This document shows, in pieces, positions 18,026 through 27,979 of a DNA stretch of 64,000 nt. The notes under the pieces were generated by a model. It did no database searches. It was not told the origin of the DNA and saw nothing but the letters and a program-made list of their open reading frames with translations. This stretch comes from Gammaproteobacteria bacterium. Its GTDB lineage: Bacteria; Pseudomonadota; Gammaproteobacteria; Eutrophobiales; Eutrophobiaceae. The position numbers and the translations under genes were made by a program. Numbering within the stretch: the first letter of the stretch is position 1; every line of letters begins with the position of its first letter. Location: positions 259,839 to 323,838 of the forward strand of contig CBDBPJ010000006.1 of assembly GCA_965208655.1 (NCBI GenBank). Direction: 5' to 3'.

Positions 18026-19345
18026 GTGACTGACGACATGAATACCGGACGCTGTGCCGTTTTCCTGATTTTCACTTTGATTTCCCGGCTCTGCCTGCCT
18101 GATAACATGCCTGCAGAGGACTCGTCCGGCAAAATATCTGCAGCAACAGCATCGGCAGATGTTGCCGGGTCGCTGGCCGCATTGGTGGAAATCTGTGAGA
18201 TACCGGACCCTGCCGTACCTTCTTCCGCCTTCAACCTGGCGCAATCAGCACCCGGCGGGAACGGCGATTATTTCGTGAGATACAGTTGCAAACAGGCCTG
18301 CAGTGACTGGCGGCAATGCCGGGTTCCCGCATACGAAGACGACGGCATGCAGGTGATGTACCAGGGGCGCAACCCTGAACAAGCCAAGCTGGCGCTTGCC
18401 TATGTCGTGGATCAGATGGCCGGCCACCTGGTGTTCACGCCGGACGGCGACAAGACGCTGTTGCTGCACGCGGGCGCCGGCGGCACGAACTACCGTTTCT
18501 CGGAACCTGCCCTGGAACTGGAGCAACGGTTACCCGTGCGTACCGTAATGGTGCGCTGGGAAAAAGGCTTTACCGCCCCGGATTTTGCCCCACCCTTCCC
18601 CTTTCCGATTAACTGGGGCTGGTACTCGCGTACCGCTGCTGAAGCCACCAACGTTTACGAACTGAACCGGCGTGTTGCCGGGGTTATTGCCTGGGTGCAT
18701 GAAAATCTCTCGGGTAATGCGGCGTTCGCGACGGCCGCCTGCAGCATGGGCAGCAATGCAACCTTCCTGGCCAGACTCTGGCATGGGCTTGATCCAATTC
18801 TCGATTACCAGTTGTTTGTTGGCGGCCCGAATATATGGGACGTTAATGCGCATTGCAGCCGGCGCCGTTACACACAGGGGCATTGTGATTTTGACGGGAA
18901 AAGCATTTGCTCGACGGACAATGAGTGCGCGGCGCTGGACCCGGGGAGCCGGTGCCGCATGCCCGGGTCCTACCGGCATATCGGCGTCAACTATGAAATT
19001 TTCGCCAACCACGTGCATAAAACAGACGCCTGTGACTATTCCCTGGAGGGGGACATGGAACCCTACCCGCCGTTCGACGAAAGCAGCATCGCATTTCGCA
19101 GCGACGCAGACTGGGAGCTGGATCACAGGATTGACCTGGTGGCGAATTTCAACCGGGAAATGGGCGCCTACGAGCGCCCTGGCGGTGATGAGTATTTTTC
19201 ACTGGGCGAATTTGCCTACACGTTTGCCAATTTGCAACCTGATGAAAACAAGCAATGGCATGGTCTGCGTGATACCGGCCATTGTGAGGCCTGGTCCTCC
19301 GGCTACGCCGTGGACCTGCTGTTAAAGCGCCTCGGCGCGCTTTGA
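18026..19345 (+). CDS. hypothetical secreted Cys-rich protein, putative alpha/beta-hydrolase (esterase/lipase-like)
   Basis: 439 aa. N-terminal hydrophobic signal-like segment. LLLHAGAGGT resembles the HGGG oxyanion motif. AACSMGSN fits a nucleophile elbow (Sm-x-Ser-x-Sm). There are more than 15 Cys in the C-terminal half (CSRRRYTQGHCDFDGKSICSTDNECAALDPGSRC). No family could be confirmed. Confidence 0.4.
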   Translation: MTDDMNTGRCAVFLIFTLISRLCLPDNMPAEDSSGKISAATASADVAGSLAALVEICEIPDPAVPSSAFNLAQSAPGGNGDYFVRYSCKQACSDWRQCRVPAYEDDGMQVMYQGRNPEQAKLALAYVVDQMAGHLVFTPDGDKTLLLHAGAGGTNYRFSEPALELEQRLPVRTVMVRWEKGFTAPDFAPPFPFPINWGWYSRTAAEATNVYELNRRVAGVIAWVHENLSGNAAFATAACSMGSNATFLARLWHGLDPILDYQLFVGGPNIWDVNAHCSRRRYTQGHCDFDGKSICSTDNECAALDPGSRCRMPGSYRHIGVNYEIFANHVHKTDACDYSLEGDMEPYPPFDESSIAFRSDADWELDHRIDLVANFNREMGAYERPGGDEYFSLGEFAYTFANLQPDENKQWHGLRDTGHCEAWSSGYAVDLLLKRLGAL

Positions 19346-20659
19346 CGGGCCAGTCTGGGAAATCCAGTCCCGGGCCGTACGAAAATACCAGAGCAGGCTT
19401 AACGCGCGCGCGATGAAAAACCCCATCAGGGCCAGCCACAGACCGTGGTTGCCCAGGCCGAGCAGCAGGTACCAGCATGGAAGATAGACCGCGAACGTGG
19501 AAAACAGCATGCCGTTCCTGAGTTCCCTGCCCCGCGTGGCGCCGATGAAGATACCGTCAAACATAAAACACCAGACGGAAATTACCGGCGATGCGATCAT
19601 CCAGGGAAGATAGAGGTAGGCAGTCTCCCTGACAGCCTCGATATTTGTCATCAGGTTGACCATCCCGGTGCCGGCGATGATAAACAGCAGTGAATACAGC
19701 AATGCGACAGCTCCTCCCCAGGTCATCACCGAGCGCACGGACTCGCGAAATTGCCTGTGGTCTCTTGCGCCGACGGCCTTGCCGACCAGGGCCTCGGCGG
19801 CATTGGCGAAACCGTCCAGGCCCAGGGCGACCAGCATCTGGAAGTGCAGCAGGACGGCATTGGCCGCGAGGATCAGTTCTCCCTGGCTTGCGCCCTGCCG
19901 GGTAAAAAATGCAAAGGTGAAGATCAGGCACATGGTCCTGATAAAGATGTCCTGGTTCAGTAGCAGCAGGGCGGCAAAATCCTTCGTATCGAGGATAACC
20001 TGCCTGCGCCAGCGGCCGGGGTGGCGCTTCAGTTCGCCGTAGATGAAAAAGGCCGCCAGTCCGGAACCGGAATACTGGGATATGACGGAAGCCAGGGCCA
20101 CGCCGCGTACGTCCAGCCCCAGGCCGAAGACGAAGACAAAATCAAGAACGATATTCAGGATGCCGATCAACAGGGTAACGTAAAGCGTGGCCCGGGCATT
20201 CTGCATGCCCAGCAACCAGCCGATGCATGTCATGTTCAGCAATACCGCGGGCGCGCCCCACACCGCCCAGTAGAAGTAGACCCCGGCATGCTTCCTGATG
20301 TCCGGGGAGCCGCCGACAAGATCGAGTCCGAGGGTAATAATCGGGGTCTGAAGCAACAGGATGACCAGGGCTATGACCACTCCCAGGAAGCAACTGTGCA
20401 GCAGGGCGGACCTCAGGCGCTCATAATTTTCATCGCCCTTGAACTGGGCGATGATGCCGACAGTACTCATGCGCAGGAAGCCCATGCCCCAGTAGAGGAA
20501 ATTGAAAATCACGGCGGCCACTGCCACGGCGCCGATATAGACAGGGGTGTCCAGGTGTCCGACGACGGCCGTATCGACTATTCCCTGCAGGGCGACCGTC
20601 AGGTTGGACAGGATCAGCGGCACCGCCAGGCGCAGCAGGCGGGTGTTATGTTTTAACAT
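19322..20659 (-). CDS. MATE family efflux transporter (DinF/NorM-like)
   Basis: 445 aa, 12 TM. LAVPLILSNLTVALQGIVDTAVVGHL is a typical MATE N-terminus. Overlaps the previous gene's 3' end by 24 nt (convergent). Confidence 0.8.
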   Translation of the reverse strand: MLKHNTRLLRLAVPLILSNLTVALQGIVDTAVVGHLDTPVYIGAVAVAAVIFNFLYWGMGFLRMSTVGIIAQFKGDENYERLRSALLHSCFLGVVIALVILLLQTPIITLGLDLVGGSPDIRKHAGVYFYWAVWGAPAVLLNMTCIGWLLGMQNARATLYVTLLIGILNIVLDFVFVFGLGLDVRGVALASVISQYSGSGLAAFFIYGELKRHPGRWRRQVILDTKDFAALLLLNQDIFIRTMCLIFTFAFFTRQGASQGELILAANAVLLHFQMLVALGLDGFANAAEALVGKAVGARDHRQFRESVRSVMTWGGAVALLYSLLFIIAGTGMVNLMTNIEAVRETAYLYLPWMIASPVISVWCFMFDGIFIGATRGRELRNGMLFSTFAVYLPCWYLLLGLGNHGLWLALMGFFIARALSLLWYFRTARDWISQTGPSKRAEAL

Positions 20660-20725
20660 GGATGGACAGGATATACAGGAAATTGAAGGGGCAAGTCCTG
20701 TCTATCCTGTAAATCGATGTTAATC
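20655..20725. repeat. Inverted-repeat element with ACAGGATA half-sites (copy 2 of 2)
   Basis: aacatggatggacaggatatacagga ... tcctgtctatcctgtaaatcgatgtt with an 18-nt spacer. The CAT of the left arm is the ATG of the MATE gene (minus strand). The right arm overlaps the nitroreductase stop. Confidence 0.55.
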
Positions 20726-21328
20726 TTTATTATCTCCGGCTCCCCATTTGCCGAAATAGAAGTGCTCAGCGGCAGGGTTTCGCCTTCTCGGGGCAAATTC
20801 TCGCTCCCGCCGTTCTTCAGGGATATCCTCCCGTGCCGTTTGATAGCCTATGGCGATCATGGCCATTGGCGTATGCCCTTCCGGGATGTCGAAAACCTGC
20901 CTGGATTGATCCGCGTTGAACCCACCCATCTGGTGCGCCATGAGGCCAAGGTCCGTGGCCTGCAGACACAGACTGATGCCGGCGGATCCGGTATCGTACT
21001 GCGCCCACCGGTTCGGTTCGCCGTTGTGCGCGAAGTGTTCCACCGCCACCGCCAGGATAAGAACCGACGCATTTTGCGCCCAGGCGACGTTGCCCTCTGC
21101 AAGACATTCCAAGGCCGTGTTCCAGGCCGCCTCATCCCTGGACCGGTCACAGATGATGAAATTCCAGGGCTGGGCGCCGTAACAGGACATGGACCATCTT
21201 GCTGCCTCTATACAGCTGGTAAGTTTTTCAGCTTCCACCGGCCGGCCGGAGTCGTACGAGACCCCGCTCCAGCGCCGCGCCAGCAAGTCATTAATGGGAG
21301 CAGTAGTTTGCGCTTTTTTCTCAAACAT
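20720..21328 (-). CDS. nitroreductase family protein
   Basis: 202 aa. RRWSGVSYDSGRPVEAEKL...AQPWNFIICD...LQATDLGLMAHQMGGF matches the NADH oxidase/flavin nitroreductase fold. Confidence 0.75.
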   Translation of the reverse strand: MFEKKAQTTAPINDLLARRWSGVSYDSGRPVEAEKLTSCIEAARWSMSCYGAQPWNFIICDRSRDEAAWNTALECLAEGNVAWAQNASVLILAVAVEHFAHNGEPNRWAQYDTGSAGISLCLQATDLGLMAHQMGGFNADQSRQVFDIPEGHTPMAMIAIGYQTAREDIPEERREREFAPRRRNPAAEHFYFGKWGAGDNKD

Positions 21329-21426
21329 AATTTTTTTCCAACGTTGGTTTCGAATTTCTGATCATTATATCGTCTGGGCCGGGCGTTGGCACGGTATCAA
21401 ACCAGGGAACGGGAGTTGCCACCGAA

Positions 21427-22599
21427 TCAATCCCGGCGCATGCGGTCCGAGGTTGCGATGGGAGTGCGGTAGCTGAGGACAACAATACAGGAAGAGATGA
21501 TAAAAGTGAGTAGCGTCGCCAACTGGATCATGTACGAGGTTTCCTGCTGTATAAAACGCGCCTCCGCCGCCAGTACGGCGATCAGGAAGGAAAACTCGCT
21601 GATCTGTCCCAGCCGGTAACCCACCTCCCTGGAGATCGCCCGTTTTTCACGGGCCCTGACGAACAGCTTCTCGAAAATAACGGGTTTTATGACCAGGGCA
21701 CAGACGGCAAGAGCAGCCGCCGGGAGGATGATCTGCGAGACGATATCCAGGTTGAAACTGGCGCCCAGCGAAAAGAAGAACAACACCAGGAAGAAATCCC
21801 GCAACGGCTTCAGTTTCATGGTGATGAACAGGGCGATTGGGCTGGAGGCTAACGTGATCCCGGCGATGAACGCGCCGATCTCGCGGGACAGGCCCATCAG
21901 TACGGCCACCTCGGCGACCGCCAGGCACCAGGCAATGGCCAGTAAAAAAATATATTCGTGAATTTGATCAAACCGGTTGATTAGCCTCACAATCACGTAA
22001 CGTTCAAAGAACCAGGAAATCAGGATCAAAAGCGGCAGCGTCAATAATTGCATGGTGATATCCACCAGCAGCTTGTCATCCTTCCCGTATCCCTGCAGCA
22101 TCAGCAGAATAATAATCGCTATCAGGTCCTGGATTAACAGCACGCTGATGATCATCTGTCCCGTATGGCGATGGTGCAGCGCAGTGGTGGGCAACAGTTT
22201 CACACCGATGATGGTGCTGGAGAACATCATGATGGAACCGATCAACAACGCTTCCGGCAACGGGTAGCTGAAACCCCAGGCAATAGCAAAACCTGCCGCA
22301 AAAAATATGAGCGAACTGAGTAACGTTACCCACAGGGCCTCGCCCAGCATCTTCCATAATTCCTGGGGAAACAGGTCCAGGCCAAGCAGGTAGAGCAGGA
22401 AAACGATGCCGATGTGCGAGATATCGGCAATCAACTCCGGATCGTCGACCAGACCTGCGCCCCACGGTCCCAGGATGACGCCGAGTATGATATACGCAAC
22501 GATTATGGCCTGGCGCGCGTACAGGGCCAGCGTGGCAAGTACCGCGGCGCCGGTAAAAATCAGGAAGATTGAAAACTCTATTTCGTGAACAGCCGCCAT
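21427..22599 (-). CDS. monovalent cation:proton antiporter (CPA2, Kef-type membrane domain)
   Basis: 390 aa, about 12 TM. AYIILGVILGPWGAGLVDD and IGIVFLLYLLGLDL fit the Na_H_Exchanger family. No KTN domain. Confidence 0.75.
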   Translation of the reverse strand: MAAVHEIEFSIFLIFTGAAVLATLALYARQAIIVAYIILGVILGPWGAGLVDDPELIADISHIGIVFLLYLLGLDLFPQELWKMLGEALWVTLLSSLIFFAAGFAIAWGFSYPLPEALLIGSIMMFSSTIIGVKLLPTTALHHRHTGQMIISVLLIQDLIAIIILLMLQGYGKDDKLLVDITMQLLTLPLLILISWFFERYVIVRLINRFDQIHEYIFLLAIAWCLAVAEVAVLMGLSREIGAFIAGITLASSPIALFITMKLKPLRDFFLVLFFFSLGASFNLDIVSQIILPAAALAVCALVIKPVIFEKLFVRAREKRAISREVGYRLGQISEFSFLIAVLAAEARFIQQETSYMIQLATLLTFIISSCIVVLSYRTPIATSDRMRRD

Positions 22600-22631
22600 G
22601 AGACATAAAATATCATGATTACGTGTTTACT

Positions 22632-22660
22632 GGATTCCTGCTTTCGCAGGAACGAGGAAT
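22632..22660. repeat. REP/dRS3-like palindromic element
   Basis: ggattcctgctttcgcaggaacgaggaat lies between the antiporter start and the ampG-like stop. Confidence 0.5.
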
Positions 22661-22707
22661 ACATTGGACTGCCTTTCAATATATTATCTACAGTAATCCA
22701 TACCCCT

Positions 22708-24084
22708 TCATGCTTTAAGCAGGGGTGCGTCAGCTGCGGATAACAGGGGTTTTTTCATCAGGTAGATGATAAGCAACAGCGCCGGCGCACCCAGCAACCC
22801 GGCGTAGAGGAAGAACCAGGCATAACCGGCGGCCTCAACTACAATTCCGGAAAAACCGCCGATGATTTTTGCGGGCAGGGTCATCAGGGAGGAAAACAGG
22901 GCATACTGGGTAGCGGTATACGTGGTATTGGTCAGGCTGGAGAGGTAAGCGATGAAGGCCGAGGTGGCAAAACCGCCGCTCAGGTTGTCGAAACTGATCA
23001 CAACAGCCAGGCTCACGAGATCGGGGTCGCTCATGGCCAGCCAGACAAACAACAGGTTGGTCACGGGCACCAGCACGGCGCCCAGCAGCAACGGCCGGTA
23101 AATCCCGTAGCGCATGACGAATATCCCGCCCAGTCCTGCGCCGAGGATGGTCATGAAAAACCCGAACACCTTGGTAACGTTCGCAATATCAACCTTGCTG
23201 AAACCCAGGTCCAGGTAAAATGGATTGGCCATGACACCCATGGTGATATCGCTGAGCCGGAATGTGCCGATGAGCAGCAGGATCACCAGGGCCAGCATCC
23301 CGTTCCTGCGGAAGAACTCTACAAAAGGGCTGATAACGGCGCCGGCAAACCAGGCAGTAAGCCTGGCGAACCTATGGGTTCCCTCTGCCACTCCCATCTT
23401 CCGTCCCAGTTCACTTTCCAGTTCCCCGGCAGCAGCGGATTCCGGATGGGTCGGCTCGGCAATGACCAGGGTTGTTACTACGCCTATACCCATCAGGCAG
23501 GCCATGGTGAAATACGCGTATTGCCAGCTCTGGGCCGCGGCAATATAAAACGCGCCGGCGCCGGCAACGAGCAGCGCCACCCGGTAACCGAATACATAGC
23601 TGGCTGCCATCGCTCCCTGCAGCAACCGGTCCACGGCCTCAATGCGATAGGCATCGATGGTTATATCCTGGGTCGCGGACCCGAACGCGACCAGCAATGC
23701 AAACATCGCAATAAGCTGCAACTGTGACAGGGGATCGGACAGCGCCATTCCGGCCAGGCCCAGGGCAATCAGAAATTGTGCACACAACATCCAGGAACGT
23801 CTTTTACCCAACCGCCTGGTCAGGACAAATATCGGTGTCCGGTCAACCACGGGAGCCCAGAACACCTTGATCGAGTAGGTAATGCCAATCCAGCTGAAAA
23901 AGCCGATGGTGGATAAAGCAAGGCCGGAATCCCGCAACCAGGCCGACAAGGTGGAAAAAACCAGCAGGAAAGGCAACCCCGCGGAAAATCCAAGGAAACA
24001 CATGGCGATGACGCGGGGCCGGCTGTATACCGCCAGCGCCTCCCGCCAGTCTCCGCCTGGGTTGCCGGTCACGCGGTTATTCAT
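22708..24084 (-). CDS. ampG: MFS permease, AmpG-like muropeptide transporter
   Basis: 458 aa. FLGFSAGLPFLLVFSTLSAWLRDSGL...IGFFSWIGITYSIKVFWAPVVDR...FGSATQDITIDAYRIE parallels E. coli AmpG (LGFASGLPLAL...LKTIGFFSLVGQAY..KFLWSPLMDRY...SASQDIVFDAWKTD). Confidence 0.7.
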   Translation of the reverse strand: MNNRVTGNPGGDWREALAVYSRPRVIAMCFLGFSAGLPFLLVFSTLSAWLRDSGLALSTIGFFSWIGITYSIKVFWAPVVDRTPIFVLTRRLGKRRSWMLCAQFLIALGLAGMALSDPLSQLQLIAMFALLVAFGSATQDITIDAYRIEAVDRLLQGAMAASYVFGYRVALLVAGAGAFYIAAAQSWQYAYFTMACLMGIGVVTTLVIAEPTHPESAAAGELESELGRKMGVAEGTHRFARLTAWFAGAVISPFVEFFRRNGMLALVILLLIGTFRLSDITMGVMANPFYLDLGFSKVDIANVTKVFGFFMTILGAGLGGIFVMRYGIYRPLLLGAVLVPVTNLLFVWLAMSDPDLVSLAVVISFDNLSGGFATSAFIAYLSSLTNTTYTATQYALFSSLMTLPAKIIGGFSGIVVEAAGYAWFFLYAGLLGAPALLLIIYLMKKPLLSAADAPLLKA

Positions 24085-24092
24085 TCACAGGC

Positions 24093-25805
24093 TTATACCG
24101 GTCCGACCCTTAACTCCTCTTCCGACATATGGTGCCGGGGGTGGACCGGGCGCATGAAGGCATTGCTGACCAGTGCGATAGCCAGCAACAGGGCCATGAG
24201 GTACATGGTGGTGTTATAGAGGTTCGGTGTCGGGTCTACGGTGCCGGCCGGGGCGATATCCATCAGGCTGGCGATCGTCACGGTCTTTGCCTGCACCAGC
24301 GCCGGCAACTGGTCCAGGCCGGCGCCGAATGACTCGGCAAATACGGCAGGGTCAATCTTCGCAACCAGGTCATCAATGGCCCTGGTTACGGCGTTTTCCC
24401 GCAGCGAGGTAATCGCCAGCGGACCCAGCACGCCGGCGGTGCTCCAGGCAGTCAACAGGCGGCCATGAATACCCCCGACGTATTTCGTCCCGAAAATATC
24501 CGCCAGGTACGCCGGGATGGTTGCGAAGCCGCCGCCGTACATGGTGAAGATGATCATGGTGGCGGCGTAGAAGTACACCAGCCAGACCACCACGGGGTTG
24601 ACGCTCACCTGCTGCGCGGTATAGGGAATTGAGCAGTACAGCAGGATGCCCAGCGCAAAGAAGATCCAGTAGGTGTTGCGCCGCCCGATGTAATCCGATG
24701 TACTGGCCCAGATAAACCGTCCTACCATGTTGAATACGCTGATCATGACGACATAGGTAGCGGCAAACGCGCCGTCAACGATGTGCGGCAGGGTGGTGCC
24801 GAAGATCTCGGTCATCATGGTCTTGGCCACGCCCAGCACGCCGATACCGGCGGTGACGTTGAAACAGAGCACGATCCACAACTGGTAGAACTGGCGCGTC
24901 TTCAACGCCTGGTCAATGTCCACGTGGTTGCGGGTCATCATCCGCTTTTCTGCGTGCGCCTCATCCGGGGGCGTCCAGCCGGCGGGTTGCCAGCCCTGAG
25001 CCGGTAACCGGTAGGAGAACGCGGCGATCATCATGACGACAAAATAAATCACGCCCATGGTGAAGAACGTTTCGGCGACGCCGACCGAGCCGGTGCCCAC
25101 CAGGTAAACCCCCTCAGGCCCCGGAAGCACCATCTGCGCGACCTCATTGGCGCCGACAACGACGACTTCGCGCAGTTCTCCGCCGACTTCCGCAAAGCGC
25201 CGTCCCGCCCGGGTAACCAGTTCGAGATCGGCAACCGCGCCCAGGTACTCCGGAGCCCGGTAGAAATACTGTATGAAATACTCTTTCAGGGGCGCGCCGA
25301 TCATTGCGCCGCCGCCGAAACCCATTATCGCCATCCCAGTGGCCATGCCGCGCCGGTCCGGGAACCAGCGTATCAGCGTGCTGACCGGGGAGACATAGCC
25401 CAGGCCCAGGCCGCAGCCTCCCAGCACGCCGTAGCCCAGGTACAGCAACCACAACTCGTGCGTGATAATGCCGATGCCGCCCACGATAAAACCGCCACCC
25501 CAGCAGCAGGCCGAGACAACGCCTACCATGCGCGGTCCCACCGTCTCCAGCCACCTGCCGGCGATGGCTGCCGCCAGCCCCAGGACCACAATCGATACGG
25601 TAAAAATCCACACGACACCCTTCAGGGTCCAGTCATCGGCGGCGCTGATCACCACGCCGACCTGCTTTACCAGGGCGGGATTGAAGATGCTCCAGGCGTA
25701 CACCGAACCGATGCACAGGTGAATACCCAGGGCCGCGGGGACGATCTTCCAGCGGTTGAACCCGGGTTCTGCGATGATGTGTTGCTTGGACAGGATGCCC
25801 GACAT
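24093..25805 (-). CDS. MFS transporter, oxalate/formate antiporter (OFA) family-like
   Basis: 570 aa. N-terminus NRWKIVPAALGIHLCIGSVYAWSIF is the OFA-family signature. Unusually long because of a ~150-aa central hydrophilic insertion. Confidence 0.65.
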   Translation of the reverse strand: MSGILSKQHIIAEPGFNRWKIVPAALGIHLCIGSVYAWSIFNPALVKQVGVVISAADDWTLKGVVWIFTVSIVVLGLAAAIAGRWLETVGPRMVGVVSACCWGGGFIVGGIGIITHELWLLYLGYGVLGGCGLGLGYVSPVSTLIRWFPDRRGMATGMAIMGFGGGAMIGAPLKEYFIQYFYRAPEYLGAVADLELVTRAGRRFAEVGGELREVVVVGANEVAQMVLPGPEGVYLVGTGSVGVAETFFTMGVIYFVVMMIAAFSYRLPAQGWQPAGWTPPDEAHAEKRMMTRNHVDIDQALKTRQFYQLWIVLCFNVTAGIGVLGVAKTMMTEIFGTTLPHIVDGAFAATYVVMISVFNMVGRFIWASTSDYIGRRNTYWIFFALGILLYCSIPYTAQQVSVNPVVVWLVYFYAATMIIFTMYGGGFATIPAYLADIFGTKYVGGIHGRLLTAWSTAGVLGPLAITSLRENAVTRAIDDLVAKIDPAVFAESFGAGLDQLPALVQAKTVTIASLMDIAPAGTVDPTPNLYNTTMYLMALLLAIALVSNAFMRPVHPRHHMSEEELRVGPV

Positions 25806-26066
25806 GACTTACCTCTTGTTATTGTTGTCTGTTAGCGAACTACCCGGACACCTTCATCGCCTGGTCAGACCGGGATGGAAAGTTGACCATTGTAACGTGA
25901 ATAGGATTGAAATTATCGAAAAATTCGCCTAGTCTATAGTATTACGTAAAGTAACAGTCCATAGTATTATTCATCAGCAAAACCAGCATCTATCGGTTTT
26001 CTGCCCCTTTCTGCGAGGCTTGTCCCTGCGCAGGCAGGGAGCGGGAAGCTACGGGGAGGTGCACGC

Positions 26067-27095
26067 TTGCGGAGGACTGCCAAGAGAAACGCAATGAGAC
26101 AGGAAAGCGACATATTAGTCGACAATTTCGGACGCACGGTCAATTATGTCCGTATCTCGGTTACGGACCGTTGCGACTTCCGTTGCGTCTACTGCATGGA
26201 CGAGGAAATGCAGTTCGTGCCCAGGGCCAAGCTGTTGTCGCTGGAAGAGATTGCGATAATTGCCGAGGCTTTCACCGAACTGGGTGTCGGGAAGATCCGT
26301 ATTACCGGCGGTGAACCGCTGATCCGGCGCAATATCACCAAACTGTTCCGGGATATCGGCCGGCTGGACGGCCTGGAGGAACTGCTGCTCACCACCAACG
26401 GTTCGCAACTGCCGAAACTGGCAGGCGAACTGAAAGATGCCGGGGTGAAACGCATCAACATCAGCCTGGACTCCCTTGACCCGGACAAGTTCAGGCGCCT
26501 GACCCGGATCGGCGAACTGGACAAGGTGCTGGCCGGTATCGATGCAGCCCGGGCAGCCGGGTTTGACAAGATCAAGATCAACTCGGTCATCCTGAAAAAC
26601 CGCAACGACGATGAAATACCGGACCTGGTCGGGTTTGCTTCAGCGCGGGGCATGGACATCAGTTTCATCGAAGAGATGCCTCTCGGAGAAATCGGCGACC
26701 ATGACCGTGAAGAAGCCTATTACTCGAGTGACGAGATCAGGGCCGACCTGGAACAGCGCTACACGCTGTTGCCCACCACCGAAACTACCGGCGGCCCCTC
26801 GCGTTACTACAGGATCGTCGAAACCGGCACCAGGGTGGGCTTCATCTCGCCCCACAGCCATAACTTCTGCGACAGTTGCAACCGGGTCAGGCTCACCTGC
26901 GAAGGCCGCCTGCTGCTCTGCCTGGGGCAGGAACACTCGGTGGACCTGCGCCAGGTCATCAGGACCCATCCCGGCGACAAGAACAAACTGAAACAGGCGC
27001 TGCGCGCATCCATGGACATCAAACCCAAGGGACATGAATTCGACCTCTCAGTCAAGCCAGTCATTTTCCGCCACATGAATATGACGGGAGGTTAA
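26067..27095 (+). CDS. moaA: GTP 3',8-cyclase MoaA (radical SAM)
   Basis: CDFRCVYC cluster, [10 protein letters not shown]-terminal Cx2Cx13C ([18 protein letters not shown]). The TTG at 26067 has a strong SD (GGGGAGG at -7). ATG at 26094 is the alternative start, giving about 333 aa. Confidence 0.88.
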   Translation: MRRTAKRNAMRQESDILVDNFGRTVNYVRISVTDRCDFRCVYCMDEEMQFVPRAKLLSLEEIAIIAEAFTELGVGKIRITGGEPLIRRNITKLFRDIGRLDGLEELLLTTNGSQLPKLAGELKDAGVKRINISLDSLDPDKFRRLTRIGELDKVLAGIDAARAAGFDKIKINSVILKNRNDDEIPDLVGFASARGMDISFIEEMPLGEIGDHDREEAYYSSDEIRADLEQRYTLLPTTETTGGPSRYYRIVETGTRVGFISPHSHNFCDSCNRVRLTCEGRLLLCLGQEHSVDLRQVIRTHPGDKNKLKQALRASMDIKPKGHEFDLSVKPVIFRHMNMTGG

Positions 27096-27959
27096 ATGCC
27101 CTCCAGGTCATACCGGCCGGAAATGACCGATGCCGGCATCCAGCCAACCATCGCAGTCGAGGCGGTTGACGAGTTCCGCAATATCCGGGAAATGCACATT
27201 GCCGATGAACGGCCCCTGACCATCTACGTCGACAGCTACGAGATCGTCACCCTGATGACACTCGGTAAAACCCCTGAACTGCTGACCCTGGGTTATTTGA
27301 AAAACCAGGGTATCGTCGCGGATGTCAATGAAATACGCTCGGTGCAGGTCGACTGGGAAGTGAATGCCGCGGCGGTGGCCACGTGGTCGGGAAGGGATGA
27401 CTGGAAAGAACGGCTGGGCCCGAGAATCGTGACCACGGGCTGCGGCCAGGGGACGGTGTACGGGAATATCCTGGAGCAACTCAACGAGATAGAACTGCCC
27501 GTGAGATGCCTCAGGCAATCGGACATCTATGCCCTGCTGAAAAACCTGGCACACCATAACGACGTCTACAAGAGCGCCGGCGCCGTGCACGGCTGCGCCT
27601 TGTGCACCGGCACCGAAGTGGCCGTTTTCATCGAGGACGTGGGCCGCCACAACGCCGTCGACGCCATTGCCGGGCAGATGTGGCTTGAAGGGACCCCGGG
27701 CCATGACAAGCTGTTCTACACCACCGGCCGGTTGACCTCGGAAATGGTGATGAAAGTGGCGCAAATGGGTATTCCTGCCCTGTTGTCACGCTCCGGCATC
27801 ACCCAGATGGGGCTCAAGCTGGCAAAAGATTTCGGCGTGACCCTGTTTTCCCGCGCCCAGGGAAAACATTTCCTTATCTACAACGGGGCGGAGCATATTG
27901 AATTTGACGTATCCCTGCCGCCGAAGCGCGCGGTCGCCAATCTTAAAAGCGCCGGCTGA
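27096..27959 (+). CDS. fdhD: formate dehydrogenase accessory sulfurtransferase FdhD
   Basis: 287 aa. TTGCGQGTV (Cys loop) and VGRHNAVDAIAGQMWL match FdhD TSSCGVCG / GRHNALDKLIG. Starts 1 nt after the moaA stop. Confidence 0.75.
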   Translation: MPSRSYRPEMTDAGIQPTIAVEAVDEFRNIREMHIADERPLTIYVDSYEIVTLMTLGKTPELLTLGYLKNQGIVADVNEIRSVQVDWEVNAAAVATWSGRDDWKERLGPRIVTTGCGQGTVYGNILEQLNEIELPVRCLRQSDIYALLKNLAHHNDVYKSAGAVHGCALCTGTEVAVFIEDVGRHNAVDAIAGQMWLEGTPGHDKLFYTTGRLTSEMVMKVAQMGIPALLSRSGITQMGLKLAKDFGVTLFSRAQGKHFLIYNGAEHIEFDVSLPPKRAVANLKSAG

Positions 27960-27979
27960 ATATCTCTGCGGATCACAAG

